A DNA stretch of 64,000 bases, taken from Eledone cirrhosa (lineage: Eukaryota). The notes beneath the pieces are model-generated. The model worked only from the letters and a program-made list of their open reading frames with translations, ran no database searches and was not told the origin of the DNA. Position 1 is the first letter of the stretch; each line of letters begins with the position of its first letter. Below are positions 1-18,525 of the stretch, piece after piece. A program made the position numbers and the translations under genes. The stretch lies in contig OZ024740.1 of NCBI GenBank assembly GCA_964016885.1, positions 73,098,001 to 73,162,000 of the forward strand. The letters run 5' to 3'.

Positions 1-30
<30 letters not shown>

Positions 31-35
<5 letters not shown>

Positions 36-380
36 TTGTTAAGTTATTCTTAAAACACCAGCTTAATAATATGAAAGTTATATTACTGCATCCCTCTAAA
101 TTCTTGATTATTTTCAAAATATTTTGAAACAGAGAGGCAGTGTCTTTCATTTAAAATATGGTAACGAAAGTGTTGATATGTATTTACAAATCTTCCATAA
201 TAATGTCATAGAAAAATCTTTGTTAAGTGATGCTCTAAACACGAAACACTAGCTTAATAATGAGAAAGTTATATTACTCAATATACTAAATACCTCAAAA
301 CTTGATTATTTATAGAATTATTTGAAGCAGGTGTACTATGCCTGTCTTTCAGTAGAAATATTGTAACGAAAAGGCTTAAA
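31..380 (+). mobile_element. Two degenerate tandem copies of a DNA-transposon/MITE terminal region (piggyBac-like end)
   Basis: 31-180 and ~220-380 align (aacaccagcttaataat...gtaacgaaa-g-(g/c)tt(g/a)a). The end resembles an inverted TTAA-CCC terminus. A reverse-orientation relative lies at ~5460-5560. Confidence 0.4.
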
Positions 381-997
381 TAATTTATAATCTAACTAAT
401 AGCATCACCCTTCGAGTGTCTTTAGTCTAGAAACAAGTTTAATAGTCCGGAAATTTTAAATTATTTTAACAATAACTCAATTAAAACCTGCAGATATGTA
501 ATGGATAACGACTCTATGATTTACTTCACACAGCTGTCGTCTAACAAAAGCAGGTCTTTTGTGACACTTCCGGTTGGCGGTCGACAGACATTCAACCAGA
601 TAAAGTATATTAAGACTTAGAGTCTTTCAATATCAATAAATAACGCGATAAAACTCCATTTGATTGTTATGTATTAACATACATAAACATTGATAAGAAA
701 GTTCCGTTATATAATATATACACGGACTTACGTTACTCAGATATTAGGTATTACAACCATAAATAACAGATTGCAATCTACAGCAATGATTGTAAATGTC
801 AAATATAGAATAGCAAAATAAATGTATATTTAAATAACAAATATTATGTTAGAAGATGGCATGTATCAAGCTAGCCAAGGCTTCTTATTAAAAAATGGTA
901 GTTATATCAACCTTAATTTTAATCTAAAATCTTTAAATATACCCCGTGTTGTAGGATGTACGTCATGTAATGAGATTGACCATTTCAAGTATTTTCT

Positions 998-4213
<3,216 letters not shown>

Positions 4214-4218
4214 TATAC

Positions 4219-4551
4219 ATCAACTCTGATGGTATCCAATGATGTTGACTTCTTTTTGGTAAATATCATCTGGTTAAGAGAGTGGGACTGGCTTTGTGTA
4301 GTGCCTTTACTCGCTATAAAAGCTTCACGGCACAGGCATTGCTCTATATCTGGAGATCTCTCTGCACTTGTCCTCACATGGTACCATGGGCCCAGCACTA
4401 TGTGTCAATAATTGTCACAAGTGTAGTGTTTGTACCAGAGTTTTCAAGTCGCTGGCTGGACTAAAACGTCACACTCGTTCAGCGCATCGGTAGGGTTCTC
4501 CTACATGGATATAAAGTAGTAGCCATACTCGAAAACGAGTTGGCAGCCACC
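4219..4551 (+). mobile_element. 5'-truncated non-autonomous bipartite RTE-derived retroposon
   Basis: Near-identical to 40003-40340 and to the reverse of part of 42549-43133. The 3' part encodes a C2H2 remnant CSVCTRVFKSLAGLKRHTRSAH and is followed by a (TATG)n tail. Confidence 0.7.
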
Positions 4552-4625
4552 ATATATATTATGTATGTATGTATGTATGTATGTATGTATGTATGTATGT
4601 GTGCGTGTGTGTGTTGTATGTGTGC

Positions 4626-4658
<33 letters not shown>

Positions 4659-4672
4659 GTATGTATGTGCGT

Positions 4673-4781
<109 letters not shown>

Positions 4782-4783
4782 AA

Positions 4784-5117
4784 GGCGCATGGCCTAGTGG
4801 TTAGAGCATTGGACTTGCAATCGGAAGGTTGTGAGTTGGATTCTCGGACCGGATGATGCGTTGTGTCCTTGAGCAAGACACTTTATTTCACGTTGCTCCA
4901 GTTTACTCAGCTGTAGAAATGAGTTGCGACGTCACTGGTACCAAGCTGTATTGGCCATTGTCTTTCCGTTGGACCTCATTGGTGGCGTGGAGAGAGGAGA
5001 CTGGTATGCATGGGCGACTATTGGTCTTCCACAAACAACCTTGCCTGGACTAGTGCCTCGGAGGAAAACTTCTAGGTACAAATCCCATGGTCATTCGTGA
5101 AGGGGGTCTTTACCCTT
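4784..5117 (+). mobile_element. tRNA-derived CORE-type SINE (family A)
   Basis: A box TGGCCTAGTGG, B-box-like GAGTTGGATTC, then a CORE-like segment gtgtccttgagcaagacactt...cagctgtagaaatgag. Other copies at 46156 and 57985. Confidence 0.8.
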
Positions 5118-5192
5118 TTATATATATATATATAAATATATATATATATTTACTAAAATAACAGATTATAGTCTTCAAATTTATTAATATAC

Positions 5193-5277
<85 letters not shown>

Positions 5278-5687
5278 TTACTGTAAGAATATTCCACACA
5301 CAATCATAGGGGTAGTTATTCTATGATGTGTATGCAATAACATCTGAAATATGCAATAATATTCTAGTTTCTTTTTCTGTACACGGGGAAATAGTTGAAA
5401 GTATTTATATATTTCAGATTTGATTCTTGTCACAACATAGTTATATCGACATTAAGTTTATCTTAAAAACGAATATTTACTTTGAAAATAATAAAGAAAT
5501 TGGAGAGATAGTAAGATACTAAAGTTTATGTTATTAAACTGGTGTTTGGAACACATCTTAACGTTTATTACATAAAATTACAATAGAGGATTTTTAGATA
5601 AATATAATCATTTTAAAATTAACAATTTTATATCATAGAACCAGGGACGGTTTTAGGCTGATATGAGAAGAGCTAAGATTGGTTATA

Positions 5688-5843
5688 TTGAATATGTTAT
5701 ATATAAATATAGTGAATATATTATATATAAATATATTGAATGTATTATATATAAATATATTGAATATATTATATCTAAATATATTCATTGTTATATATAG
5801 ATATAGTGAATATATATGTAAATATATTGAATATATTATATAT
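5688..5843. repeat. ~24-bp AT-rich minisatellite (tgaatatattatatataaatatat)
   Basis: About 6 degenerate tandem units. Confidence 0.75.
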
Positions 5844-5944
5844 AATGGCAACAAACTCTCAGGAGAAATGGACAGCAGAGGGTCTCAAGCAAGTGTTTCG
5901 GCTCTTGACTTCTACATATTTCTATATAAATATATTCACTATAA

Positions 5945-6001
<57 letters not shown>

Positions 6002-6936
6002 CACACGCCCTTACAGCTTTTAACAAACACACACACACATACACACACAAATCTATATTTACTCTTGCACACATGCACTTGTGTCTAGGTGTCTATACAC
6101 CTAGACACAATCACCCCTACCTCGTCCGCTGTCACATGCGTGCGTACATTCACCCCTCGAGTTTCTTACGGCTTCGTTTCGGTCAGAAAAACCCACCCTG
6201 ACAGATTTGTACAGACACACATACCCACACATTCTCTTAAACCTATACATACATATCCTCACAGCTCTGTTCAAACAACAAACACACGCCCTTACATATT
6301 TACACATACATATGTCTTCTAAATATATTCTGTCCGCGAGCTGAAACATTGCTCAGACTTTTTCTTTTTCTTCTTTTCATTTCCCTTTTTGTTCCCTTTA
6401 ACAGTATGTTTTGTTTCCTGTTTTGTTTTTTGTATAAACAGCTTTGTAAAATAAAGCATTTAAAAAAAGTACAAAAGGGTTTTCCTTTTCAGAATGATAT
6501 AAGAATATTTTGCTCGCAGCCTTACAAAGGATGGCCTACTAAACTTCCCACACTATAAACACCCCTATCAATAGTTTTCCAAAACGTGGCAAAATGAACA
6601 CACCTGCTTTTTCTCGAAGAATTTCTTTTCTTTTCTGCTCCTGCTGACTCTCTTCTATCTTTCTATTTCTTCTTTAATTTCTCATTCTATTTTCTGATGG
6701 AGGACTAGCGCCCGAAACGTTAACATTTTTCCGATTATATTAAAAGTGAAACTAATATATATCTTCATTGTACTTCATCATCTGTTGTGTTTGTTCCGTT
6801 TACTTTTCGCATACACACACATTGAGTATGTGTGTGGGTGTGGGTGTGTGTGTGTGTGTAGTTGACGGCCGAGAGAAAAAATTACTCAGTACTGAAGTAC
6901 AGTTTAAATATTCATTTTAATAACGCTAAATAGTGA

Positions 6937-6989
6937 GTCTTGTTACTCAGGAGTTTCACCTGCTTCTCAGGGGGTCATCAAACATGGAC
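6937..6989 (-). ncRNA. Degenerate type I hammerhead ribozyme
   Basis: Minus strand: gtccatgt UUGAUGA ...caggt GAAA CUCCUGAG UA acaagac. Core position C3 is U. Confidence 0.4.
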
Positions 6990-7021
6990 TATCCCCCCAC
7001 CCCTCTCTATCGCTCTCTTCC

Positions 7022-7053
<32 letters not shown>

Positions 7054-7468
7054 AGCTGGCGTGTGCTTTTATAATAGCTAACGAAGGAGGCTATAGACGG
7101 TTAAATAAATGTGCAACAAAAGCAGCCATATTTCCCTCCAAACACGCCTGTCTTATGCATTGGAAAATGTAAATTCTTTGATATAAAAACAAAATGTGTG
7201 TGTGTGTGAATATCACACGCTATATATGTATTTATACACACGCACATAAACTAATATGTGTGGATACATGTGTGTATGTATGGCTCCATGTAAATATATG
7301 TATACATGTATATATTGGAGTTTTCTTTTTATAAAATCAGACATTACATTCAAAGAAAGAACAATCTCCACGGTTGCTGTAAGTGTAAATAACATCGATG
7401 TTTGCATAAACGATTGTGTAAAGTAGACTGGGGGGAAATATAACACAGCCAAGCAAATATGGGTAATC

Positions 7469-7668
7469 NNNNNNNNNNNNNNNNNNNNNNNNNNNNNNNN
7501 NNNNNNNNNNNNNNNNNNNNNNNNNNNNNNNNNNNNNNNNNNNNNNNNNNNNNNNNNNNNNNNNNNNNNNNNNNNNNNNNNNNNNNNNNNNNNNNNNNNN
7601 NNNNNNNNNNNNNNNNNNNNNNNNNNNNNNNNNNNNNNNNNNNNNNNNNNNNNNNNNNNNNNNNNNNN
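7469..7668. other. Assembly gap (200 N)
   Basis: Run of N. Confidence 1.
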
Positions 7669-7792
7669 CAGACCCTCCATCTCAAATCTACTTTGAAAAG
7701 CAGAAGAACTGCGAAACCGGTAAAGGAACCAAATAAATATATATATTTTTAAAAAAATAAGACTCCAGTTGCATTTTCGTTTTCATCTTCTT

Positions 7793-8112
<320 letters not shown>

Positions 8113-8115
8113 ATA

Positions 8116-8184
<69 letters not shown>

Positions 8185-8287
8185 GTATGTTGGTTCACTA
8201 CTGGATAGAATTGGTCATTCCTTCCGTATGGTCAATCTCGATGTAATATATTATGGAGAGTACTCAACGTAATGCAGCTCACCCATA

Positions 8288-8343
<56 letters not shown>

Positions 8344-8617
8344 TATATATATACATATATATATATATATGTCCATGTATATAAATGATATATTTTTATA
8401 TCTATAAATTATATTTGTATGAATATACATATGAATATTTATATATATATATATTGATATAGACAAATATATATATGCATATATATAAATATATGTATAA
8501 TATATGTGTGTGTGTTTGTATATATATGATATTCAAGTGAAATAAGTGTGGACGTTACATAACGTTCTGTACAGATCATATATATGTACAAGGAACGCTT
8601 TTGTTATCCTTTTCCTC

Positions 8618-8731
<114 letters not shown>

Positions 8732-8897
8732 GTGTGTGATAGACGTTGATTGCCAAATAAATTAACGATAGTGATATGAAATATACAAAATCGAAAACCA
8801 ATCCCAAAAGTGACTGTGTTTTATTATTTCTGGTAATATTATAACAATATAACCCTCCCAAATATAATAATATATATATACAGCTATATTACAAATA

Positions 8898-8980
<83 letters not shown>

Positions 8981-9018
8981 TTATATATATATATATATAT
9001 GTTTATATAATATATATG

Positions 9019-9051
<33 letters not shown>

Positions 9052-9184
9052 GTATATATATATATGTATATATATATGTATATATATATATATAGGTATA
9101 TATATATGTATATATATATGTATATATATATATATATGTATATATATATGTATATATAAATGTGTGTATATATATATATCTATG

Positions 9185-9245
<61 letters not shown>

Positions 9246-9281
9246 TATATATATATATATATATGTGTGTGTGTATGTATG

Positions 9282-9351
<70 letters not shown>

Positions 9352-9372
9352 ATATATATATGTATATATATA

Positions 9373-9411
<39 letters not shown>

Positions 9412-9421
9412 ATATATATAT

Positions 9422-9465
<44 letters not shown>

Positions 9466-9475
9466 ATATATATAT

Positions 9476-9570
<95 letters not shown>

Positions 9571-9727
9571 AATGTATATATATATATTTATATATAATGT
9601 CAGGTTCGGACCAGTTAGACCATTTCTCAACAGAGTCCTCGATTCTTGGGATAGTAGCTTATGGCTATATATTATAAAGAGCTCTTTATAATATATAATA
9701 TAATATAATATAATATAATATAATATA

Positions 9728-9758
<31 letters not shown>

Positions 9759-9987
9759 GTTTACAATAACAGAAGCACCCATGCAAGGATTTAATATTAT
9801 CTAACGTTATTATAACTGTTGAGAGGGACAAATACAGTAACATTACAAATATATATATATATGTATATTACAAATATGTATATATGTATATATATATATA
9901 TATATAATATATATGTGTATATATATATATATAATATATATGTGTATATAATATATATGTATATATATATACAATATATATATAATA

Positions 9988-10031
<44 letters not shown>

Positions 10032-10203
10032 TATAATATATACGTATATATATACATATATATAATATATACGTATATATATATATATATATATATTAGA
10101 TCGCAGATATAAAAGACAGCGAGAAGCGAAAACCAACCAAACAGTGAGTGTGTTCTGTTATTAATTCTGGCAATATTACGCAAATATGACCCTCCCCAAA
10201 TAT

Positions 10204-10349
<146 letters not shown>

Positions 10350-10510
10350 GGTTGAGGCCATACTGGCGCACCGCCCTTGTTGCTACACATTTTATCTCCA
10401 CCCTCTATTGTATAAATAGTAAATAATAAATTATTTTATTTTATTTTATTTTATTTTTCTTGTGCAATGGCCATACTTGATAACGAGAGAACTGCCATTC
10501 TATATATATA

Positions 10511-10619
10511 TAGGAACGAGTAGTTTCTACTCGTTCCTATTACCCACTCTACTACCCTAAGTATTGACTACTTTGGTGCGTTATGGTCCACCTGGTTCCT
10601 TACCACATTTCGTCCGTTA
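10511..10619 (+). mobile_element. Family P1 short fold-back copy
   Basis: Hairpin taggaacgagtag...ctactcgttccta followed by the P1 tail (actctactaccctaagtattga...ccttaccacattt). Confidence 0.65.
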
Positions 10620-10622
10620 TAT

Positions 10623-10705
<83 letters not shown>

Positions 10706-10772
10706 TATTATATGTATACATATATATATGTATATATATATATGTAAATATATGTATGTATATATACATATT

Positions 10773-10804
<32 letters not shown>

Positions 10805-10872
10805 CAAATATATATACAAATATATACATATACAATATATACATATACAATATATACATATATATATATATA

Positions 10873-10914
<42 letters not shown>

Positions 10915-11008
10915 AATATATATATATATATAGTTATATATATATTTATGTATACAGTATACACATATTCTCAGCTGCAAGCTGTATATAAACCTTTTAT
11001 AAATCACC

Positions 11009-11060
<52 letters not shown>

Positions 11061-11115
11061 GTGAATAACTTGGGCATATGGCGATGATTATCTATGTTGA
11101 TATGCTCACGATTAC

Positions 11116-11171
<56 letters not shown>

Positions 11172-11324
11172 TAAATTGTAAAGACAATTTAACTATATAT
11201 CAAACATTAAACTAATCCATTTCTACGTTGTAGTGGTGTACTGTGTTGTTTTAATCGTTGTTTACGCCTACGTCTTGCATACCTCCTATACACCCCCACA
11301 CACACACACACATATATACATACA

Positions 11325-11390
<66 letters not shown>

Positions 11391-12061
11391 CATACATGCA
11401 TACATACAATTATATATTTCTATATATTAATATAAATAAACATCTCTCTCTCTCTCTATAGATATATATATACATACGTGTGTGTGTCTATATATATATA
11501 TTATCTATATATATATATATTATCTATATATATATATTATCTATATATATATATTATCTATATATATATTATCTATATATATATATTATCTATATATATA
11601 TATTATCTATATATATATATATATATATATGTGAATTAAAATTAGAGTAAGAAGCCAGGACTATCCATCATCAGTGATCTTCTGGTAATCATAGGTATTT
11701 CTTCGCACGCCAATTTTCATCTACATGTATGTATATATATATATATATAAGACAACAAACAGACGTATAAAAAGTCTTATTATTTATATATATATTTATA
11801 TATATAATATATATAATTAGCTTAAACAGTGACATGTGCAGGTGCTTAAGATTCGTTGTGTATTTACCGCAACTCATTCAGCCTGTCATATAAATAAAAT
11901 GTAAGCCATCTTTATTCATACAACAGGCTGAATTGGTTGGGGTGCATAACCCAACGAAACTTACGTACCACTACATATAACAGTTGTAACTAAAAATACT
12001 TAGCTCGTTCTATGGAATGAGAGCGTTTACCCTTTGATATTTATACCAAATGTGTATACAG

Positions 12062-12132
<71 letters not shown>

Positions 12133-12244
12133 TAATACACACATATGTATGTGTATATCCATATATATATTTATATGTTTTTATGTATATATATATATAT
12201 ATATATATAAATGAATAGGAAAGATCGATAAAAGAAGAAATATT

Positions 12245-12311
<67 letters not shown>

Positions 12312-12375
12312 GCCAAGACTGGAATTGAACCATCAGCACAGTTGAGGTATGTCATACATCAATACATTAATTTAT

Positions 12376-12445
12376 ATATTTTATCTGATGAGGACGTACT
12401 GAGGAAACAGCTCAGTACCTCCGAAAAATATATATAATAAAATAT
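12376..12445 (+). ncRNA. Minimal type I hammerhead in a solo PLE pseudo-LTR (12309-12490)
   Basis: atattttat CUGAUGA ggacgtactgag...ctcagtacctcc GAAA aatatata UA ataaaatat. Two extra A's in stem III relative to sister copies. Confidence 0.6.
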
Positions 12446-12512
12446 ATTTGATTACATGAATCTCTATATTTATTAATATTTTGAATTAATACATATATCT
12501 CTATATATCTAC

Positions 12513-12581
<69 letters not shown>

Positions 12582-12762
12582 GAGAGAGAGAATGATATTG
12601 ATATTATTATCTATGTAATTCTATATAGTAAATGTTGATAACATTTACTATATAGAATTCACACAGAAATAATATATATATACATATATATATGAATATA
12701 TATAATATATAAATATATATATATAAATATTTACACACACACACACATATATATCTGTGTGT

Positions 12763-12819
<57 letters not shown>

Positions 12820-12933
12820 AAAAAAAGATGAAATTGAAAAAGACTTCAGTTGCATTTTCGATATCATCTTTTTTCCTTATCCTTTCACTCGTTTACCACA
12901 TCGCGTTTTTTTTCATTTTGAAAAAAGACCCTC

Positions 12934-12987
<54 letters not shown>

Positions 12988-12990
<3 letters not shown>

Positions 12991-13157
12991 AAAAAGTATG
13001 ACCCCGACGGCAGAGCTCAAGCCGTTTCGGCGAGCCGTCGAAACGGCTTGAGCTCTGCCGTCGGGGTCCTACTTGTTCCTATTACCCACTCTACTACCCT
13101 AAGTATTGAGTACTCTGGTGCGTTATGGTCCATCTGGTTCCTTACCACATTTCCTTC

Positions 13158-13161
<4 letters not shown>
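12988..13161 (+). mobile_element. Family P1 fold-back copy
   Basis: Inverted arms joined inside hammerhead stem II (gtttcggcg|agccgtcgaaac), then the tail, flanked by (TA)n. Confidence 0.7.
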
Positions 13162-13246
<85 letters not shown>

Positions 13247-13268
13247 ATATATATATATATATATATCT

Positions 13269-13315
<47 letters not shown>

Positions 13316-13324
13316 TATATATAT

Positions 13325-13357
<33 letters not shown>

Positions 13358-13373
13358 ATATATATATATATAT

Positions 13374-13404
<31 letters not shown>

Positions 13405-13435
13405 ATATATATATATATAATATATATATATATAT

Positions 13436-13468
<33 letters not shown>

Positions 13469-13592
13469 ATATATATATATAATATATATATAATATATAT
13501 ATATATATAATATATATATATATATAATATATATATATATATAATATATATATATATAATATATATATATATATAATATATATTTATATAAT

Positions 13593-13628
<36 letters not shown>

Positions 13629-13748
13629 ATATACATATATATATGTACATATATACATATACATATATATACATATATACATATATATATATATATATTT
13701 ATACATATATACATATACATATATATACATATATATACATATATACAT

Positions 13749-13838
<90 letters not shown>

Positions 13839-14094
13839 TATACATATATACATATACATATATATACATATACATATATATATACATATACATATATACA
13901 CACATATATATATATATATGTATATATAACTGTGTATGTCTTATGAGTGTTTATGTATCTACAACATTTATATCAATAGTTTGACTTTACTCCGTATTAC
14001 CAAGCAGCTTCCAGACGTAAACACATCTCTCTTATCAGATGCGATTTACACATTATGTGTTGATTGGACTTTTTCTTGTCTGTAGACACACCTG

Positions 14095-14236
<142 letters not shown>

Positions 14237-14252
14237 TATGTATGTATATGTA

Positions 14253-14295
<43 letters not shown>

Positions 14296-14336
14296 GTATA
14301 TATGTGTGTATATATATATATATGTATATATATGTA

Positions 14337-14399
<63 letters not shown>

Positions 14400-14509
14400 C
14401 AATATATATGTAGATATATATATATATACATATATATATATCTGTGTGCGTGTGAATGTGTGTCTGTGAGTATATATTTCTATATATATATATACATATA
14501 CAAATACGT

Positions 14510-14580
<71 letters not shown>

Positions 14581-14613
14581 CATACACATGACACTGCAAG
14601 AAATTGAAATAAA

Positions 14614-14680
<67 letters not shown>

Positions 14681-14716
14681 CTCATGTACATGTATGGATA
14701 AACCTGTTCTCCTTAC

Positions 14717-14827
14717 CTTAAGCATGTCGGCGAGGGTAAACCCTGAGTTTATGGTCGGTATGTTTGCAGTCACAGACACAGATAGAAGTAGAGTCGCGTA
14801 TAGTCCTATACACAAATCTCCGCTCAT
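14717..14827 (-). CDS. Candidate first coding exon of a host secreted protein (signal-peptide-like): MSGDLCIGLYATLLLSVSVTANIPTINSGFTLADMLK
   Basis: Non-repetitive island. ATG at 14827, hydrophobic core ending V-T-A, canonical donor AAG|GTAAGG at 14717/14716 (phase 0). Downstream exons were not identified. Confidence 0.45.
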
Positions 14828-14959
14828 CCAGCCACCACAATAGTGGCTAAGGTTGTCGCTTCCAGTCACTCCTCCCCATCCTCATTCTATCAATCACTCA
14901 CTCACACACTGCTACTCTCTCTCTCTCTTTATATTTCCAACACTCTCGCTCACTCTGTT

Positions 14960-15050
14960 CGTCTGTGCATGGCGTTGGCGGCCGCTGCTTGAACTAGTTA
15001 TATATTAGGTGGCGGTGGAGACGGGCGGGGTGGGGTTTTGAACGTCAGGA
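14960..15050 (-). promoter_or_regulatory. Candidate Pol II promoter: CRE half-site, GC box, TATA
   Basis: ACGTCA 15042-15047, GGGCGGGG 15023-15030 and TATATA 14999-15004 in a CpG-rich patch. Their order fits minus-strand transcription toward the exon at 14827. Confidence 0.45.
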
Positions 15051-15399
15051 GGGGAAGGGATTGTCGGCAGCTGTTCGCACACACACACACACACACACAC
15101 ACCTCACATGTACACATGCATATATACATATACACACACATAGATATACATACACACTCCTAGTAGAAAAGTCATCCAACTGGCAGAGTTAGAGGAAATC
15201 ACAAACGGCTACATAGTTCTGCTGCCGTTTCTCCTAGTTCTTTTTCTATTGATGTTATCACAGTATAAAGATATGGGATATAGAGACCCTTAAACTGGCA
15301 TTTATTGTAGATACTGACACAGGTACCAATTCCTATAACTAACAAGAGTCTACACAATATAATAAAATGCAAGTAAATCTATTCCACGTGCCACCCCCA

Positions 15400-16890
15400 T
15401 GAATGAAACTTAAGGGTCAGTGCGCCTTGTGGTTCCGGCCGACAGGATGGAAAAATCATTGCCTCGAAGGACAGTGAGGGAGATGCGCAGGAACAGCCAC
15501 TTCACGTGCGGGACTCGCACTTCCGGGTAGCTAACCCTGCTACATAACAATGAGTAGGGATGTGGTCCGGGGGCCAAGAACGCCGGATGTCTCAACTGTC
15601 ACAGGCTCAACCCCAAACCTAGCAGGCAGTGAAGCCTGGGCTGGTATTTCGAAGGCACTAGGTCACGGCTAGAGAAGGTGTCACAACATGTGACATCCCA
15701 AATGAGAGGCCTACCACGCAGAACGGCAGCCAGCACTATCATGACATTACAGTGAGTGGAGACTGAAAAATCCAGTGGACCGCAGTAGCATTTGTGGAGC
15801 TCACAGATCCGGAAGCCGAGCTTCTGGAAAACACCGATACCCAAGCAGCTGCTGTCCGCTGTGGGGTTAGGAGACCCAGCAGAAACATGCCAGACGTTGC
15901 TGGACAAGCCGGTGCACCAGCCTGTCCGAGGTTATGTTGCACTGGATCGCGTCCCATCTGTTTTAAGGGGACTGGATGTCTACAGAGGGGGGAGGGATAT
16001 GGATGTCCGCATGGCGGAAGCCTAGCTGGTTCTATGTCACGTAGGCTGCCTTGGGTTCCCCGATCATAGTATGTTCAGTTGTGTTGCGGTGAACCCTATT
16101 GATGAGGACACGGCAAGAGCTCACCGACGAAAGAAAAGCCGGCAGGTCCAGTGAGACTCGAGACCGGGGACCGAGCCACCATATCTGACAAATAAGATAG
16201 TCTATTGTCATCCGGTACCATCAAACCGGACGTTCTATATCTCCTCAGCAGCCCGTCAGATGCAGGCGTCGATATCTGTGAGGAGAGATGCTTAACTGTA
16301 GCAGGAGGAACTGTGGTATTGTGTATAGGAGCTTTGAAATGGTGAAGCAGTTCTTCAACAGAAAGAGTGTCGGGTAGGCGTCGATTAGGTTCAGTCTGCT
16401 TGTCAGAGTTCAGTGCTGGCTGGCTAAGCCTGGACCTGAGGGTAGAACGAATGGCAGGCGGGAAGATGAAGACGCCCTCTTTAGAAGCCACCTATGCTTG
16501 GAGCAGGAATCACAGAGATGGTGACAAACACTCCCTACGGGCCCGCCTATCATTGCATCGTCCTGGTACCAGACGTTAAGAGGGGAAATGGTGCTCCGAG
16601 CAACGATATCTACCCCGAGAGCGAAGAGGAGGGTCCCAGTGGATCGCCGTTGAACGCCGGTTGAAGATGGTATGACCTTGTCCGCAGTGAGGAGTATGTT
16701 CGGAGGTCCGAATAAGTGGTCGCGGTGCTGACAATTGAAGGCGTTTCTTATTTCAAGCTTGACGGTGAGGTGCCTAGAATCACTCGGCATCGGCTCAGGA
16801 GGACAGTCGTTGAAGAACTGTCAAGCGGCGTGGGTGACACCCTCATCAACGTCGAGGGTACTTTTGCTCGTGATTGTAGACAAGGATATG
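15400..16890 (-). mobile_element. Degraded CRE-clade-like non-LTR retrotransposon (RT plus restriction-like endonuclease remnants)
   Basis: Fragments VKLEIRNAFN, SSTGVQ..LLFALGVD, LNVWYQDDAMIGG and GRPLIWDVTCCDTF, with frameshifts and internal deletions. Confidence 0.7.
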
Positions 16891-16905
16891 TGGGAAAACG
16901 ATAAT

Positions 16906-16999
16906 AATTGTTTCTAGTTTTGGCACAAGGCCAGCAATTACCCAGTGTATTACTGGTACTTTATTTTATCGACCCCGTAAAGATGAAAGGCAAAGTTAA
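16906..16999 (-). mobile_element. tRNA-SINE family B, 3' fragment
   Basis: Matches the family-B 3' end (ggcacaaggccagcaattacccag...ttttatcgacccc). Confidence 0.75.
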
Positions 17000-17917
17000 T
17001 GAAGTTGAATGGATGAAGGACTGACTCAGTGGGAGAGTATCATATAAGGGTAGGAGGTATAAACTAAACCATCACCTCCATTAACACCACCAAGGAGAGA
17101 CGTAAGTAACAGTATTTCGTCCCTCTTCTCGTCTCCTTTGCTTATAGCGGTGTTGACGGCAATGAAAAGAATTAAGAGAACTTATAGTATTGCATGTAAT
17201 GTAAACAACCGTTCACTATCCCTATTTATAATACATACACACTACACAATACAAACAACCGTTTCTAAAAACTCCCTTATTCTCAGAATATATTTATATC
17301 CAACAAGTTGGATATGATGAGTGTGTATACAAGGAAGAATTATGTACTGGCTTACTGTATATTACCGTAACACGTCACATAAGTCACTTCCCCCTTCCTC
17401 CTTTACTTCCCTTTCGTGTCTACTTGGCCCTCCCCCCTCTATCTATCTTTTTCTCTATCTTTTTCTCATTCTTTCTATACGTTTCTCTCTTTCTTCCGCT
17501 TCTTCTTCCTCCCTCTCTATCTCTTTCTTCCACTTGTTCTTTCTCTCTCACTATCTTCTCCTTGTTATATTCTCACTCTTTCACCCATTCTTTCTACCCC
17601 CCCCCCCCCCGCCTGCCTTATCCCCACACTTCTCTATCCTTCTCTCTGTTCCTATGTTTTCTAACCTCACCCCCTTCTCTCATACTCTTACTTTCCACGC
17701 TCTATATTTCTAACTCACTCACTTTTTCTTACTCTTTCTCTCGTCTTACTATTTTTCCTCTTCCTCTTTTGCATCTCCCGCTCATCTTTTTCTTCTTCTC
17801 TCGCTTTCTGATGATGTATCATTCACTTTCTTTATTGCTATACCTTTTTACCCTCCATTGCTGCTCTAATATTGTTCTCAATCTCTACCACTCTCTATCT
17901 ATCTATTTATCTGTACC

Positions 17918-18220
17918 CCAGCAAATGTTATAAAAGGTGGGTGAATGTGGTAAAGATGGCGCGAGTGCTTGGGCCTTCTCTCTATATAAGCCTGTAGGTT
18001 GAGGAAAAAGAGGAAGAGAGGAAGGGAGTACTCACTCTTGGCGCTCCTGGAGATGAGGGTTGTACATTTTTTCGGGGTGTGTACAACCCCTGTGTAATAC
18101 CTCCCCTCTGTTGGGGATATCAATTATTATTTGTTATTTTATTAATAGTTTTATTTTCATATACCTGTATGTAAACTCCCCATTTGTATTTGTCCCCTTC
18201 TTTTGTGGCTAATAAAGAAA
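17918..18220 (+). mobile_element. 5'-truncated Tx1-type LINE 3' fragment
   Basis: Aligns with 24105-24397 (aaggtgggtga..., gtaaactccc...tttgtatttgtccc...aataaagaaa). Flanked by (TCTA)n. Confidence 0.8.
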
Positions 18221-18252
18221 TTTATCTATCTATTTATCTATCTATCTATCTT

Positions 18253-18525
<273 letters not shown>

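Noticed and set aside
490-625. Possible exon or ETS site (CCGGAAGTG, minus)
   Set aside because: Short frame with no homology cue. A single motif is expected by chance.
4784-4856. tRNA gene
   Set aside because: It has A/B boxes only, with no intact acceptor stem, and runs into a multicopy SINE body.
11207-11290. Arg-rich terminal exon ([13 protein letters not shown]...) for the 14717 exon
   Set aside because: The nearest acceptor in phase 0 gives a stop within six codons, and there is no other support.
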